64,000 nucleotides of DNA, taken from an uncultured delta proteobacterium (GTDB taxonomy: Bacteria; Desulfobacterota; Binatia; DP-6). The stretch is from assembly GCA_963815115.1 (NCBI GenBank), contig CAWFFN010000012.1:64001-128000 (forward strand). The letters are read 5' to 3'. The translations under genes were made by a program, and so were the position numbers. Positions 18,807 through 28,417 of the stretch are shown piece after piece. Position 1 is the stretch's first letter, and every line of letters begins with the position of its first letter. The notes under the pieces are model-generated. The model did no database searches and was not told where the DNA came from. It saw nothing but the letters and a program-made list of their open reading frames with translations.

Positions 18807-20705
18807 CTACCGGCGCATCGCGGACATCTGCAACGGTCGGAGCATCGCGCGCTTCTTGTTCTGGTGTGCCTGCATGCGGCGCAGGATGTCGTCGAGCACC
18901 CGCACCGCGCTGGTGAGGTGGGCGCCCTTGTTGAGCATCACGCACTCCGCGCGCTCGCCCATCGCCGCGTCGGTGATCTCGGCACGCGACGGGGTCCCGG
19001 TCTTGGCGAGATTCTCGAGGACCGCGGTGGCCCAGATGACCGGAACGTGCGCCGCCTCGCACATCCAGAGCATCTCTTCCTGTACCTCGGCGAGGCGCTC
19101 GTAGCCGCACTCCACGGCGAGGTCCCCGCGCGCGATCATCACACCGATGGCTTGATTGTGCATCGCCGCGAGCAGCAGGCTCGGCAGGCGATCGAAGGCG
19201 GCGCGGGTCTCGATCTTGAGGACGATGCCGAGGTGCTCGGCATCGAGGCGCCGGAGCTCCGTGCGGAGGTCGCGCACGTCCTCGGGCCGGTTCACGAACG
19301 AGAGACCGACCATGTCGGCGAGACGCACGACGACCGCGAGATCCGCGATGTCCTTCGCGGTGAGCGCCGGCAGCCGCAGCGAGCTGTCCGGCAGGTTGAT
19401 CCCCTTGTCGGCACGCAGCTTGCCGCCATCGGGTGGAACCTGGGTGATCCGCACCCGGAGCCCCTCGGCGTCGCTCGCGTCCACGATGCCGCCGATCTTG
19501 CCGTCGTCGAACCAGATGCGCTCTCCCGGGCGTACGTTGCCCAGGACCTGCGGCAGGGTGCACGGGATGGATGCCGGTCGGAGGAGCGTCCCGTCCTCGC
19601 CATGGCGTGCCGGTCGTCCGGGAGCCGGATCGCGCGTCACCACCAGCGTGTCGCCGGTTCCGAGGAGCAGGAACGCCGCATCTGCGGGGAGGGCGCCGAT
19701 CCTGGCGTCGGCGCCCGCTCCCGCCTCGGCGCCCGAGGTGTGGCGCAGCTCGACCGGCTCGCCGGCATCCAGGTACGCCGTCTGCTCGGCCAGCGCCCAG
19801 CGACCCCCCCGCGCCCCCTCCCCGACGGTCAGGTGCCGTGGCTTGCCGCGCAGGTCGTGCAGGACGAGGCGGTCACCCTGGGAGAGGCGTTGGCCCCAGC
19901 CCTCCGGCACGGTGAGCACGCCCTCGGCCCGCCCGGGCGGCGGCACGGGGGCTTCACGTGCCGTCAACCAGACGCGTGCCGGCGAGATCACCTCGCCACG
20001 GACGTTGCGCTTCGGGCGCCACCTGAGCACCTGCGATTCGGGTGCGATCGGCCCCGTGCGGAGCTTGGGACCGGCGAGATCCATCAGGACACGACAGTCC
20101 CGGCCGAGCGCGGAGCGCGCGGCCGCGAGATGGGCCACCATCGCCGCCCACGCCTCCGGACCGTCGTGGGCACAGTTGATCCGCGCGCAGTCCATGCCGT
20201 TGGCCAGCAGCTCGTGGATCAGTGTCCCGTCTTCTGCTGCCTCGCTCGGCATCGTCACGAGGATACGAACCGCCCGCCCGGGCGGCTTCGACCCGAGCAG
20301 TGCGGCCGTATGCTGGTGAAGGAGGGCCTTGCCGGCCGCAAAGTCCACCGCGTCGCCGTCCGTCCCCGTCCAGCGCCGGCCGACCAGATGGTGCAGGATC
20401 TTCAGGACGGTGACCAGGTTGTCGAGCACGTGGGCTTCGGTGCGTCCGAGCGAGGACAGGCCGAGCGAGGCGAGGCGCTTCTGGACCTCTCGGATGTCGT
20501 GCTGCCGCAACGCCACGTAGTGCAGGAGGTTCCGCGCGCTGTCGCGATAGGACTGATGCTGGTCCCGGAGATCCTCGTCGAGGGCATGCTCCACGAGAAG
20601 ACAGCGGGTACGGGTGGCCTCGAGCTCGTCGATGAGCTCTGCCAGCACGTGGGAATCCCACGGAACGGCCGCCTCGAGCACGGCTCGACGGAGTGCATCA
20701 GCCAT
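18807..20705 (-). CDS. pyk: Pyruvate kinase (long form with N-terminal extension, no C-terminal regulatory domain)
   Basis: GMDCARINCAH, MDLAGPKLRTG, KGINLP, KIET, MIARGDL.VE, ATAVLE, PSRAEITD. Confidence 0.9.
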   Translation of the reverse strand: MADALRRAVLEAAVPWDSHVLAELIDELEATRTRCLLVEHALDEDLRDQHQSYRDSARNLLHYVALRQHDIREVQKRLASLGLSSLGRTEAHVLDNLVTVLKILHHLVGRRWTGTDGDAVDFAAGKALLHQHTAALLGSKPPGRAVRILVTMPSEAAEDGTLIHELLANGMDCARINCAHDGPEAWAAMVAHLAAARSALGRDCRVLMDLAGPKLRTGPIAPESQVLRWRPKRNVRGEVISPARVWLTAREAPVPPPGRAEGVLTVPEGWGQRLSQGDRLVLHDLRGKPRHLTVGEGARGGRWALAEQTAYLDAGEPVELRHTSGAEAGAGADARIGALPADAAFLLLGTGDTLVVTRDPAPGRPARHGEDGTLLRPASIPCTLPQVLGNVRPGERIWFDDGKIGGIVDASDAEGLRVRITQVPPDGGKLRADKGINLPDSSLRLPALTAKDIADLAVVVRLADMVGLSFVNRPEDVRDLRTELRRLDAEHLGIVLKIETRAAFDRLPSLLLAAMHNQAIGVMIARGDLAVECGYERLAEVQEEMLWMCEAAHVPVIWATAVLENLAKTGTPSRAEITDAAMGERAECVMLNKGAHLTSAVRVLDDILRRMQAHQNKKRAMLRPLQMSAMRR

Positions 20706-20740
20706 GCCACCCCGGAAATGCAGACCCCCGGGGGCGAGTT

Positions 20741-20812
20741 TCCCAAGTGTGAGAGAGTCCGGAAGCTCGGACCATGATCACGCGGAGGGCGGGGACTGGA
20801 GCGTCGCTTGCT
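20741..20812 (+). promoter_or_regulatory. TCCCA-N4-TGAGA site plus sigma54-like promoter
   Basis: TCCCAAGTGTGAGA at 20741-20754 and TGGAGCG-TCGC-TTGCT at 20797-20812, in the divergent pyk/methyltransferase gap. Confidence 0.55.
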
Positions 20813-20821
20813 ATCTCCAAC

Positions 20822-21481
20822 ATGACCACTCGGGCCGCGCCGGTCGGGGACGGCTCCCCCGGCGCCAAGCGCTGGTTCTTCGACGTCTGGTCGCGCTTCT
20901 ACGACCTGCCGGTCGTTCAGCGGCTCACGTATCGGCCGGTGCACGATGAGATCCTGGGCGTGCTCGGGGACGGGCAGTCGAAGATGCTGCTCGATCTGGG
21001 ATGCGGAACCGGGCTCCTCTCGCGGCGGGTCCGGCATGAGCTTCCGGGCATGCGGGTCGTCGGCTGCGACTTCTCATACGGCATGCTCCGGCGGGCCATG
21101 GTTGCGGGCGAGGACAGCGGCTGGGTGCAGGGGGATGCGACGCGCTTGCCGTTCCGCGGCGGATGCTTCGACGCGGTCGTGTCGACCGAGTCGTTCCACT
21201 GGTTTCCCGACCAGCCCGCCGCCCTCGCCGAGTGCTTCCGTGTGCTCGCCCCCGGGGGTCGCTTGCTCGTGGCGCTGGTGAATCCGCCCGCCACACAGGT
21301 GAGCGACGCCGTGTACCTGGGCTCTCGCCTCGTGGGCGAGCCCTTCTACTGGCCGACGCGGCAGCGCATGTGCGCGATGGTGGAAGCCGCCGGGTTCCGC
21401 GTCGCGATGCAGCGGCGCGTGTATCGCCTGCCCGCCGGGATCTTGCTGCCGCCGGTGCTCACGGTCGCCGTCCGGCCCTAG
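20822..21481 (+). CDS. Class I SAM-dependent methyltransferase
   Basis: LLDLGCGTG, VVGCDFS, GDATRLPF, RVLAPGG. Confidence 0.9.
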   Translation: MTTRAAPVGDGSPGAKRWFFDVWSRFYDLPVVQRLTYRPVHDEILGVLGDGQSKMLLDLGCGTGLLSRRVRHELPGMRVVGCDFSYGMLRRAMVAGEDSGWVQGDATRLPFRGGCFDAVVSTESFHWFPDQPAALAECFRVLAPGGRLLVALVNPPATQVSDAVYLGSRLVGEPFYWPTRQRMCAMVEAAGFRVAMQRRVYRLPAGILLPPVLTVAVRP

Positions 21482-21529
21482 CGCACCATCGGGCCCGTCG
21501 GCGGGGCTTCCCCGATGGTGCGCGGCCGC

Positions 21530-22954
21530 TCAGGCGGCGAACGAGTCGCGGTTCGCCAGGCGGCAGAGCGTCGCGAACTCCTCCCGGACCGCCCCGGCGA
21601 AATCGTGCAGGTCGGGCATGGCGTCCCAGTCGGCATTGAAGCCCCAGAAGAGATCGCCCGCGTAGCTGAAGAGCGCCACCCCGACCCCCTGGTTCTGGAA
21701 CAGGGGCACCATGGGATACGTCTCGCGCAGTGGCGCCTCGAGCAGGAAGAGCGGAACCTGGGGACCCGGCACGTTGGTCACCACCAGGTTGTATGCCAGA
21801 CGCCGGGTCGCCAGACGGATGATCTGGCTCAGGACGGCCGTGGCGGTCCAGTCGCCGATCGCCTCGATGAGCTCGGCACCCTGCACGGCACGCGACTCCT
21901 TCTGCCGCGTCGTCGCATCCACCACGCGGCGATAGCGGGTCGCGGGATCACGCTCGCCGATCGGGAGCTGGGCGACGAAGTTCGCGACCCGGTTGCCGAG
22001 CTCGCCGTGATGCGCGGTCGTGCGCAGGCTCACGGGCACCATGGCGCGGAAGTCGAGGCCCTCGACGCTCGTGCCGCGGGCTTCGAGAAAGCGCCGCGCG
22101 GCCCCGACGACGGTCGCGAGGATGACGTCGTTCACGGTTCCGCCCAGGCTGTTCTTCACCGCCTTCACGTCGTCCAGCCCCAGACGGAGCCAGTCGAATC
22201 GCCGGTGGGGACCGATCGGAAGATTGAGCGGCGTGGGCGACGCGGGCCAGCTCCCGGGGCCGAGCGCTTCGAGCACACCGAGGCCACTCTCCCGGGCCGC
22301 GGCGAGCGCTCGCATCGGCTCCGCCAGCGCGCGCACACCGGAGCTCACGACCCCCGCCGCCCCGGCCACACGGCGGCGCAGCTCGCTCGCGAGGAGCTCC
22401 CGGGGCGTGGGGGCGGGGCGTGGGCGCCACGATGGACCGGGCTCCGACGTCCCGGTGGGGCCGGGTGAGAGGACGGCCGTCAGCAGATCCATTCCCGAGA
22501 TGCCGTCGACCATCGCGTGATGGACCTTGGCCACCAGCGCGAACCGGCCGCCCTCCACGCCCTCGATGACCCAGATCTCCCAGAGCGGCTTCGTGCGATC
22601 GAGCTTCTGCGAAAGGATGCGACCGCACAGGCGCTTGAGCTGCCGTTCTGCCCCGGGACGCGGGAGCGCCGTGTGCCGCACGTGGTAGAAGAGGTTGAAG
22701 CGGTCGTCGTCCACCCAGACGGGGTGGCCCTCGAGGGGGACGTACGCCAATCGCTGACGGTAGCGCGGGATCAGGTGCAGCCGCGATTCGATGAAGGCCC
22801 GGATGCGCTCCATCTGCAGCCCACCGTGCGCCGTGCGCAGGGGCGCCTCGTCGAAGAGAAGGGCAGCGGCGACGTGCATGTGGCTGCTCTCGTCCTCGAT
22901 CTCGAGGAAGGACGCATCGAGGGCCGATAGACGCTCGTAGTGTGCAGCGGCCAT
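21530..22954 (-). CDS. Wax ester synthase / diacylglycerol acyltransferase (WS/DGAT) #1
   Basis: ERLSALDASFL, catalytic HHAMVDG, PLWE, TVNDV, TNVPGP. Confidence 0.95.
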   Translation of the reverse strand: MAAAHYERLSALDASFLEIEDESSHMHVAAALLFDEAPLRTAHGGLQMERIRAFIESRLHLIPRYRQRLAYVPLEGHPVWVDDDRFNLFYHVRHTALPRPGAERQLKRLCGRILSQKLDRTKPLWEIWVIEGVEGGRFALVAKVHHAMVDGISGMDLLTAVLSPGPTGTSEPGPSWRPRPAPTPRELLASELRRRVAGAAGVVSSGVRALAEPMRALAAARESGLGVLEALGPGSWPASPTPLNLPIGPHRRFDWLRLGLDDVKAVKNSLGGTVNDVILATVVGAARRFLEARGTSVEGLDFRAMVPVSLRTTAHHGELGNRVANFVAQLPIGERDPATRYRRVVDATTRQKESRAVQGAELIEAIGDWTATAVLSQIIRLATRRLAYNLVVTNVPGPQVPLFLLEAPLRETYPMVPLFQNQGVGVALFSYAGDLFWGFNADWDAMPDLHDFAGAVREEFATLCRLANRDSFAA

Positions 22955-22973
22955 GTGAGCCTCCCGAGGTACT

Positions 22974-23076
22974 ACCAAACGCCGTGCCGTGGCAGCGGAG
23001 TCCGGCCGGGCGCTCCTCGACGGCCCGCCGTTCCCACGCATGCGACGCGGGCGTCCGGCGTGAAGCACGCCTGGGA
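22974..23076 (-). promoter_or_regulatory. sigma54-like promoter with two upstream TCNCA-N4-TGNGA sites
   Basis: Minus-strand CGGCACG-GCGT-TTGGT (22989-22974, -12 variant). Sites TCCCACGCATGCGA (23032-23045) and AAGCACGCCTGGGA (23063-23076), 31 bp apart. Confidence 0.5.
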
Positions 23077-23119
23077 ATGGTGCCACCCCGGAGGGGCCCT
23101 GACACGCAGAAGTCGCAGG

Positions 23120-23977
23120 CTATCGCGGCGGGGTCTGGTCTCCCGGACCGGGCCGCCCCGTGCCGCCGGCCACCCAGTGCATCGCCCGCGTCGCCCAGTG
23201 GACGAGACTGTCGGCGACGCCGGGCGCGAGCGCGGCGAGCTTCTCCAGGGTGGCGGCCCCCGGGGGCACCGAGACCTCCACCAGCCCGAAGCGGACGGCG
23301 GCGAACACCGCCCACACCACCCACGACGGCGGCATGTTCAGCGCGCTCGGCCAGAGGTCGAGAAACTCCGGGTCACCTGCCACCGCGTCGACCATCGGGG
23401 TCTCGACCACGCCCGGCAGCACGAGGGAGACGTGCACCGGTCCACCGTGGAGCTCCGTCCGCAGCGCCTCGGTGAGGCCGACGAGCGCGAACTTGGTGGC
23501 GCAGTATCCTCCCAGGGGCGACACGCCCCGCCGGCCGGCCAGGGAGGCCACGTTGACGATGGAGCCCCCGCCCTGGGCGCGCATGGAGGGGACGGCCTCC
23601 TGCATCACGAAGAGCGCGCCGAAGAGATTGACCCGTAGCATGGTGTCGAGGTCCGCGGCGTCGAGCTCGAGCACGTGCGCGGGGATCAGGATGCCGGCGT
23701 TGTTCACCACCACGTCGACCCGGCCGAAGCGCTCCTGCACCCTCGCGAAGCAGCCCCGGACCTGGGCACGGTCGCCGACGTCTGCCGCAGCGACGAGGGC
23801 TTCCGCTCCCTGGGCGCGGACCAGCTCGGCCACCTCCTCGAGCACCTGCTGGCGCCGTGCGACCAGCGCCACTCGCGCTCCGGCGGCGGCGAAGGCCAGC
23901 GCGGTGGCGCGCCCGATGCCGCTCGACGCGCCGGTGACGACCACCACCTTGCCCCGGAAGCTCTCGAACCACGTCAT
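23120..23977 (-). CDS. Classical short-chain dehydrogenase/reductase
   Basis: TGASSGIG, NNAG, YCATK. Confidence 0.92.
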   Translation of the reverse strand: MTWFESFRGKVVVVTGASSGIGRATALAFAAAGARVALVARRQQVLEEVAELVRAQGAEALVAAADVGDRAQVRGCFARVQERFGRVDVVVNNAGILIPAHVLELDAADLDTMLRVNLFGALFVMQEAVPSMRAQGGGSIVNVASLAGRRGVSPLGGYCATKFALVGLTEALRTELHGGPVHVSLVLPGVVETPMVDAVAGDPEFLDLWPSALNMPPSWVVWAVFAAVRFGLVEVSVPPGAATLEKLAALAPGVADSLVHWATRAMHWVAGGTGRPGPGDQTPPR

Positions 23978-24071
23978 GGCTGTCCCCCTCGCCGATATCG
24001 AAACCTCTTGCGCGCGGCAAGCTCGGCCGCGTCTCCACGTGAGGCGCCGCCTGCTGGCGCACCGCGCGCGG

Positions 24072-26675
24072 TCACCGGCACACCCCGCTCGCGATCAGTG
24101 CGTCGACCTCGCCGGCGCGGAGTCCGAGCACCTGCACCAGGACCTCCCTGGTATGCGCGCCGAGCAGCGGCGCGGGTGCAGGGGACGACGTCCGCATGCG
24201 GCTCATTCGAACCGGATTCGCGGTGTGGCGCGCAGGGCCGACCTCGGGGTGCACGATGCTGACGAGCGCGCTTCGCGCAGCGAGGTGCGGATCGGCACGA
24301 TGCTCGTCCGGGCCCTGCACGGGCATGGCGGAAACCCCGGCAGATTGTAGCGTGGCAGCCGCCGCCTCGGGTGCTCGCGCGCGCGTCCACGCCGCGACCC
24401 GTTCGTCGAGGTCCGTGCGGGCGGAGAGACGGGCGTCGAGCGTCGCGAGCCCCGGCTGGTGGGGCCATCCGAGGGCTCGGCGGAAGCGCTCCCACGCGTC
24501 GTCTCCGGCGACCGCGATGGCGCACCAGCGATCGTCGCCGGCGCATGGATAGACGCCGTGCGGGCAGGCGTAGTCGACCGCATTGCCTTGCTGGCGAGTC
24601 GGCCGGAGCGTGAGCGCCGCCTCGAGATAGAACTCGCCCATCAGGTAGGCGACCGTTTCGGTCTGGGCGAGCTCGATGAACTGTCCTTCGCCCGTCCGGC
24701 GCCGGTGCTCGAGCGCCGCCAGCACGGCGACCGCGCCGAGCTTGCTCGCGATGTGGTCGGGGTGGTTGAGCGACGATCCGGCCGGGTAGGGCGCATCGGG
24801 ATGGTTCCACAGCCAGGTCGCCCCTGCGAACGCCGCAGCGATCGGCCCGAACGCCGGGGCCTCGCCGAGCGGTCCGCCCCGCCCGTAGCCCTGTGACGCC
24901 ACGTAGACGACCGCGGGCTGCACCCGCCGCACGTCGGGATAGTCGAGGCCCAGGTTTCGTACCACGCCACCCCGGAGGTTCTCGACGACGACGTCGGCGC
25001 TCGCACAGAGCTGCAGGGCGATCTCGCGGGCTCGCGCGGCGCGCAGGTCGAGGCAGACGCTCTTCTGGCCGCGACAGTCGTCGTTGAACGGAAACGCGGT
25101 ATTCGGGTTGTCGAGCTCCGGCGTCAGGCGCCGCATGAAGTCCAGGTTCGTCCGCGACTCGATCTTGATCACCTCGGCGCCGAATTCTCGCAGCAGCCAG
25201 CAGAGCTCCGGCCCGACCGCGCCGACCCCGAGGTTGATGACGCGCATTCCGGCGAGCACCGGCGCGGCCGGGGTCTCGTCGGGAGCCCGGCTCCCCGGAG
25301 GGTGCTCGCCGGCGGTGGTTCGTCTCGGGGCGAAGCCGTGCACGTCGTCCTCGCCGGGCGCAGGAGCCGGGCGGCGGAGACCCGGCGGGGTGACCGACAG
25401 GCGCCAGGGAGCCGAGGCCAGCGGAGCGTCGCCGAGGTGTGGGAATCCCGAGCTGTGGAAGTAGTTGCGCGCGCACGTTTGGGGCGCGGCGACGAACTCC
25501 TCCGGCGTGTTGACGGGAGTCATCGGGACCCCGAGCCGCAGCGCCGTCTCGAGCACCTCGTCGCGTGACCGCGAGCGTAGTGCGCGTCCGGCGAGCAGGC
25601 GCGCCGTCCCGAGCAACCCGTGCACCAGGGAGAGGGTGAGCCCGGGCAGGGCAACGAGGCGCGAGGCGCCGAGCACGGCGCCGTTGGCCAGCCCGAGCGC
25701 CTGGAACGGGAGCGACTCGAGCCACGCCCCGGCGGCTCCCGCGATGCCGGAGCCGGGCTGCGACTCGGTGAGGTGTCTCGAGGTAGGCGGTTGGCGTTCC
25801 GACCCGGCCGCCGGGGCTGCGGGCGGGCCATCCCAGAGCAGCCGGGCAAAAGCGGCGAGCTGCCGCGGCGTGCCGGGGACTGCCCGCACGTGGCCGTCGC
25901 GTGTCGGAAGGACGAGATAGGCACCGTCGCCGTCGCGCGGCGCCGAGCTGGGAAACAAGGGAAAGCGGCGCGCGTAGTCGCCGAGGGGGATCGACCAGGG
26001 ATCGAGCCCGTTGAGGGCCGCTTCCTGGACCGACACCTCGACGGTCTGACCCGTTCCGTGCCGGGTTCGGTCGAGCACGGCGGCAAGCGCGCCGGCGACG
26101 GCGAAGATCGAGGCACAGTCGTGGGCAAGATATCCGGGGAGCCAGCACGGCGGCAGCTCGGAAAGCCCGGAGCCGTGCAGGGCGCCGCTGGCGGCGAACG
26201 CGGCGAGCGGCTCGAGCCGCCATCCCGCACGCGGGCCGGAGAGGCCGAAGTCCGAGATCGCGACGTGGACGAGATGGGGATGCCGCGCGCGCACCTCGTC
26301 GGGCGTCAGGTGGTGGCGGGCCTGCTCCGCGGGCCCCAGGTTCTCGATCAGGATGTCGGCCTGCGCGCAGAGGTGGTCGAGGCGTTCGCGGCCCCGCGCG
26401 CTCTCGAGATCGAGGACCGCGCCGCGCTTGCCGGCGTTGCGGTAGAGGAACGGCAGCGAGCGGTCGGGCGCCACCTGGTTGCCGGCGAACGGCGGGCGCA
26501 GGCGTCCCGGGTCGCCGCCCGGAGGCTCGACCTTCACGACCTCGGCCCCGAGCTCGGCGAGCATCCGGCCGGCGAGCGCGCCGCGCAGATCCGCGAGGTC
26601 GACGACTCCGAGGTGCTCGAGCGCGGCGCAGGGGCCGGGTCCCGCCGCTTGCCTCGTCGCTGGCTGGCCGCTCAT
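24072..26675 (-). CDS. Family III (CaiB/BaiF) CoA-transferase, tandem two-domain fusion
   Basis: Two copies of the [L/F]GAEV[V/I]K[V/I]E and N..K+..[CV]LDL motifs, plus ADILIEN / ADVVVEN. Confidence 0.9.
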   Translation of the reverse strand: MSGQPATRQAAGPGPCAALEHLGVVDLADLRGALAGRMLAELGAEVVKVEPPGGDPGRLRPPFAGNQVAPDRSLPFLYRNAGKRGAVLDLESARGRERLDHLCAQADILIENLGPAEQARHHLTPDEVRARHPHLVHVAISDFGLSGPRAGWRLEPLAAFAASGALHGSGLSELPPCWLPGYLAHDCASIFAVAGALAAVLDRTRHGTGQTVEVSVQEAALNGLDPWSIPLGDYARRFPLFPSSAPRDGDGAYLVLPTRDGHVRAVPGTPRQLAAFARLLWDGPPAAPAAGSERQPPTSRHLTESQPGSGIAGAAGAWLESLPFQALGLANGAVLGASRLVALPGLTLSLVHGLLGTARLLAGRALRSRSRDEVLETALRLGVPMTPVNTPEEFVAAPQTCARNYFHSSGFPHLGDAPLASAPWRLSVTPPGLRRPAPAPGEDDVHGFAPRRTTAGEHPPGSRAPDETPAAPVLAGMRVINLGVGAVGPELCWLLREFGAEVIKIESRTNLDFMRRLTPELDNPNTAFPFNDDCRGQKSVCLDLRAARAREIALQLCASADVVVENLRGGVVRNLGLDYPDVRRVQPAVVYVASQGYGRGGPLGEAPAFGPIAAAFAGATWLWNHPDAPYPAGSSLNHPDHIASKLGAVAVLAALEHRRRTGEGQFIELAQTETVAYLMGEFYLEAALTLRPTRQQGNAVDYACPHGVYPCAGDDRWCAIAVAGDDAWERFRRALGWPHQPGLATLDARLSARTDLDERVAAWTRARAPEAAAATLQSAGVSAMPVQGPDEHRADPHLAARSALVSIVHPEVGPARHTANPVRMSRMRTSSPAPAPLLGAHTREVLVQVLGLRAGEVDALIASGVCR

Positions 26676-26874
26676 CGATCTCGCCGTGAAAGAGCGCGAC
26701 TATCCGGCCCTGGCCGCTCCAGGGTCAACCGGAGGCGAATCCGTTCTCGTCTCTGGGAAATGTCCTCCGCTCTCGAGAACCGCGCTTTCACGGGTTGCCG
26801 GGCCGGCAACCCGTGAGCCTGCGGCTCGATCTGGCGCTCGGGGGAGAAGGGCGACCTCGAACGAATCGGGGTCG

Positions 26875-26945
26875 TCGCATGGATGCGAATCCCGCGTCGA
26901 TACACGGGCCGCCGAAGCCCCGGAACGCCCGGACCGGATATTGCT
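26875..26945 (+). promoter_or_regulatory. TCGCA-N4-TGCGA site plus sigma54-like promoter
   Basis: TCGCATGGATGCGA at 26875-26888 and CGGACCG-GATA-TTGCT at 26930-26945. A further site TCTCGTCTCTGGGA lies at 26745-26758. Confidence 0.5.
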
Positions 26946-26960
26946 CCACCTGGAGAGTCG

Positions 26961-28388
26961 ATGGCCTTCCAGTACCACGAACGGCTGTCCGCGTTGGATG
27001 CGAGCTTCCTCGCGCTCGAGGATGTGAGCTGCCACATGCACATCGGCGCGGTGTCGATATTCGACGGCGGCGCCTTGACGCTGCCCGGAGGAGGCATCGA
27101 CATCGATCGCATCCGTGCTCTCGTCGAGGCGGGACTCCATCGCATCCCGCGCTATCGCCAGCGACTTGCCCACGTGCCCCTCGTCGGCCATCCCGTGTGG
27201 GTCGACGACCCCTGCTTCAACCTGGCGTATCACGTCCGGCACACGCATCTGCCGTGCCCCGGGGACACGCGCCAGTTGAAGCGCCTGGTCGGCCGTCTGA
27301 TGTCCCAGCAGCTCGACCGCGGAAAGCCCCTCTGGGAGCTCTGGGTGGTGGAGGGGCTCGAAGGCGGCCGCTTCGCGTTCGTCAACAAGGTTCACCATTG
27401 CATGATCGACGGCGTCGGAAGCGTCGAGCTGACCGGCACGGTCATGCAGCGTACGCCCGAGCACGACCCGCGCCTAGACGAGCCGCCGCCCCGCTGGCTG
27501 CCAAGACCTGCGCCGACCGCCGGGCGCCTGCTGGCAGACGAGCTCCTGCACCGCGCGCGCGCGCCACTCGCCGCGGTCACGGTTGCGGGGCGCGCCATCG
27601 CCTCGCCGGGGCAGGCCTGGAATGCGGCGACCACCACGGTCCAGGGCCTGGCGGAAGCCCTGAGCGGGGGTCTGCACCCGGCCTCGCCCTCTCCGCTCAA
27701 CGTCGAGATCGGACCGCACCGGCGGTTCGACTGGACCGAGATGGACCTGGGCAGGATCCGCGAGATGAAGGCCCGCTACGGCGGGACGGTGAACGACGTC
27801 GTGCTCGCGATCCTCTCCGGCGCGCTCCGGCGCTTTCTGCGCCGGCGCAGCGTCGACGTCGACGGGCTCGAGTTCCGTGCCATGCTTCCGGTCAACGTGC
27901 GCACCGCTACCGATCAGCGAGACCTGGGGAACCGGGTGGCGATGCTGGTGGCACGGCTGCCCCTCGATGAGCGCGACCCGCAGCAGCGGCTGGCCCGCAT
28001 CGTGGAGGAGACCCAGCGTGTGAAGCACTCGCACCAGGCGGCTGGCGTGCAGACGCTCGAGGCGCTCAGCGATCAGACCTTCACCACGCTCTTCACGGAA
28101 TTCGGCCGGCTCGCCGCCCGCTCCCGCCCGTTCAACCTGGTCGTGACCAACGTGCCCGGACCGCAGTTCCCCGTCTACGTCCTGGGCTCGCGGATGCGGG
28201 TCAGCTACCCCCTCGTCCCGCTCTTCCGCGGCCAGGCGCTCGGCGTCGCGCTCTTCAGCTACGACGGCCGGCTCTTCTGGGGGTTCAACGCCGACTGGGA
28301 CGCGATCCCGGACCTTCACGAGCTGGTGACCACCGTGGACGGCGAGCTCGAGGCGCTGGCCGGCACGGCCGCCGCCGTCCCCTCGTGA
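26961..28388 (+). CDS. WS/DGAT #2
   Basis: ERLSALDASFL, HHCMIDG, TVNDV, TNVPGP. Confidence 0.95.
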   Translation: MAFQYHERLSALDASFLALEDVSCHMHIGAVSIFDGGALTLPGGGIDIDRIRALVEAGLHRIPRYRQRLAHVPLVGHPVWVDDPCFNLAYHVRHTHLPCPGDTRQLKRLVGRLMSQQLDRGKPLWELWVVEGLEGGRFAFVNKVHHCMIDGVGSVELTGTVMQRTPEHDPRLDEPPPRWLPRPAPTAGRLLADELLHRARAPLAAVTVAGRAIASPGQAWNAATTTVQGLAEALSGGLHPASPSPLNVEIGPHRRFDWTEMDLGRIREMKARYGGTVNDVVLAILSGALRRFLRRRSVDVDGLEFRAMLPVNVRTATDQRDLGNRVAMLVARLPLDERDPQQRLARIVEETQRVKHSHQAAGVQTLEALSDQTFTTLFTEFGRLAARSRPFNLVVTNVPGPQFPVYVLGSRMRVSYPLVPLFRGQALGVALFSYDGRLFWGFNADWDAIPDLHELVTTVDGELEALAGTAAAVPS

Positions 28389-28417
28389 CGGCGTTCGCAA
28401 CCGAGAGGGTTCCGATC

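Noticed and set aside
23120-23977. SDR as an Acr1-type fatty acyl-CoA reductase completing wax ester synthesis
   Set aside because: Only generic SDR motifs are visible, so the substrate cannot be assigned from sequence.
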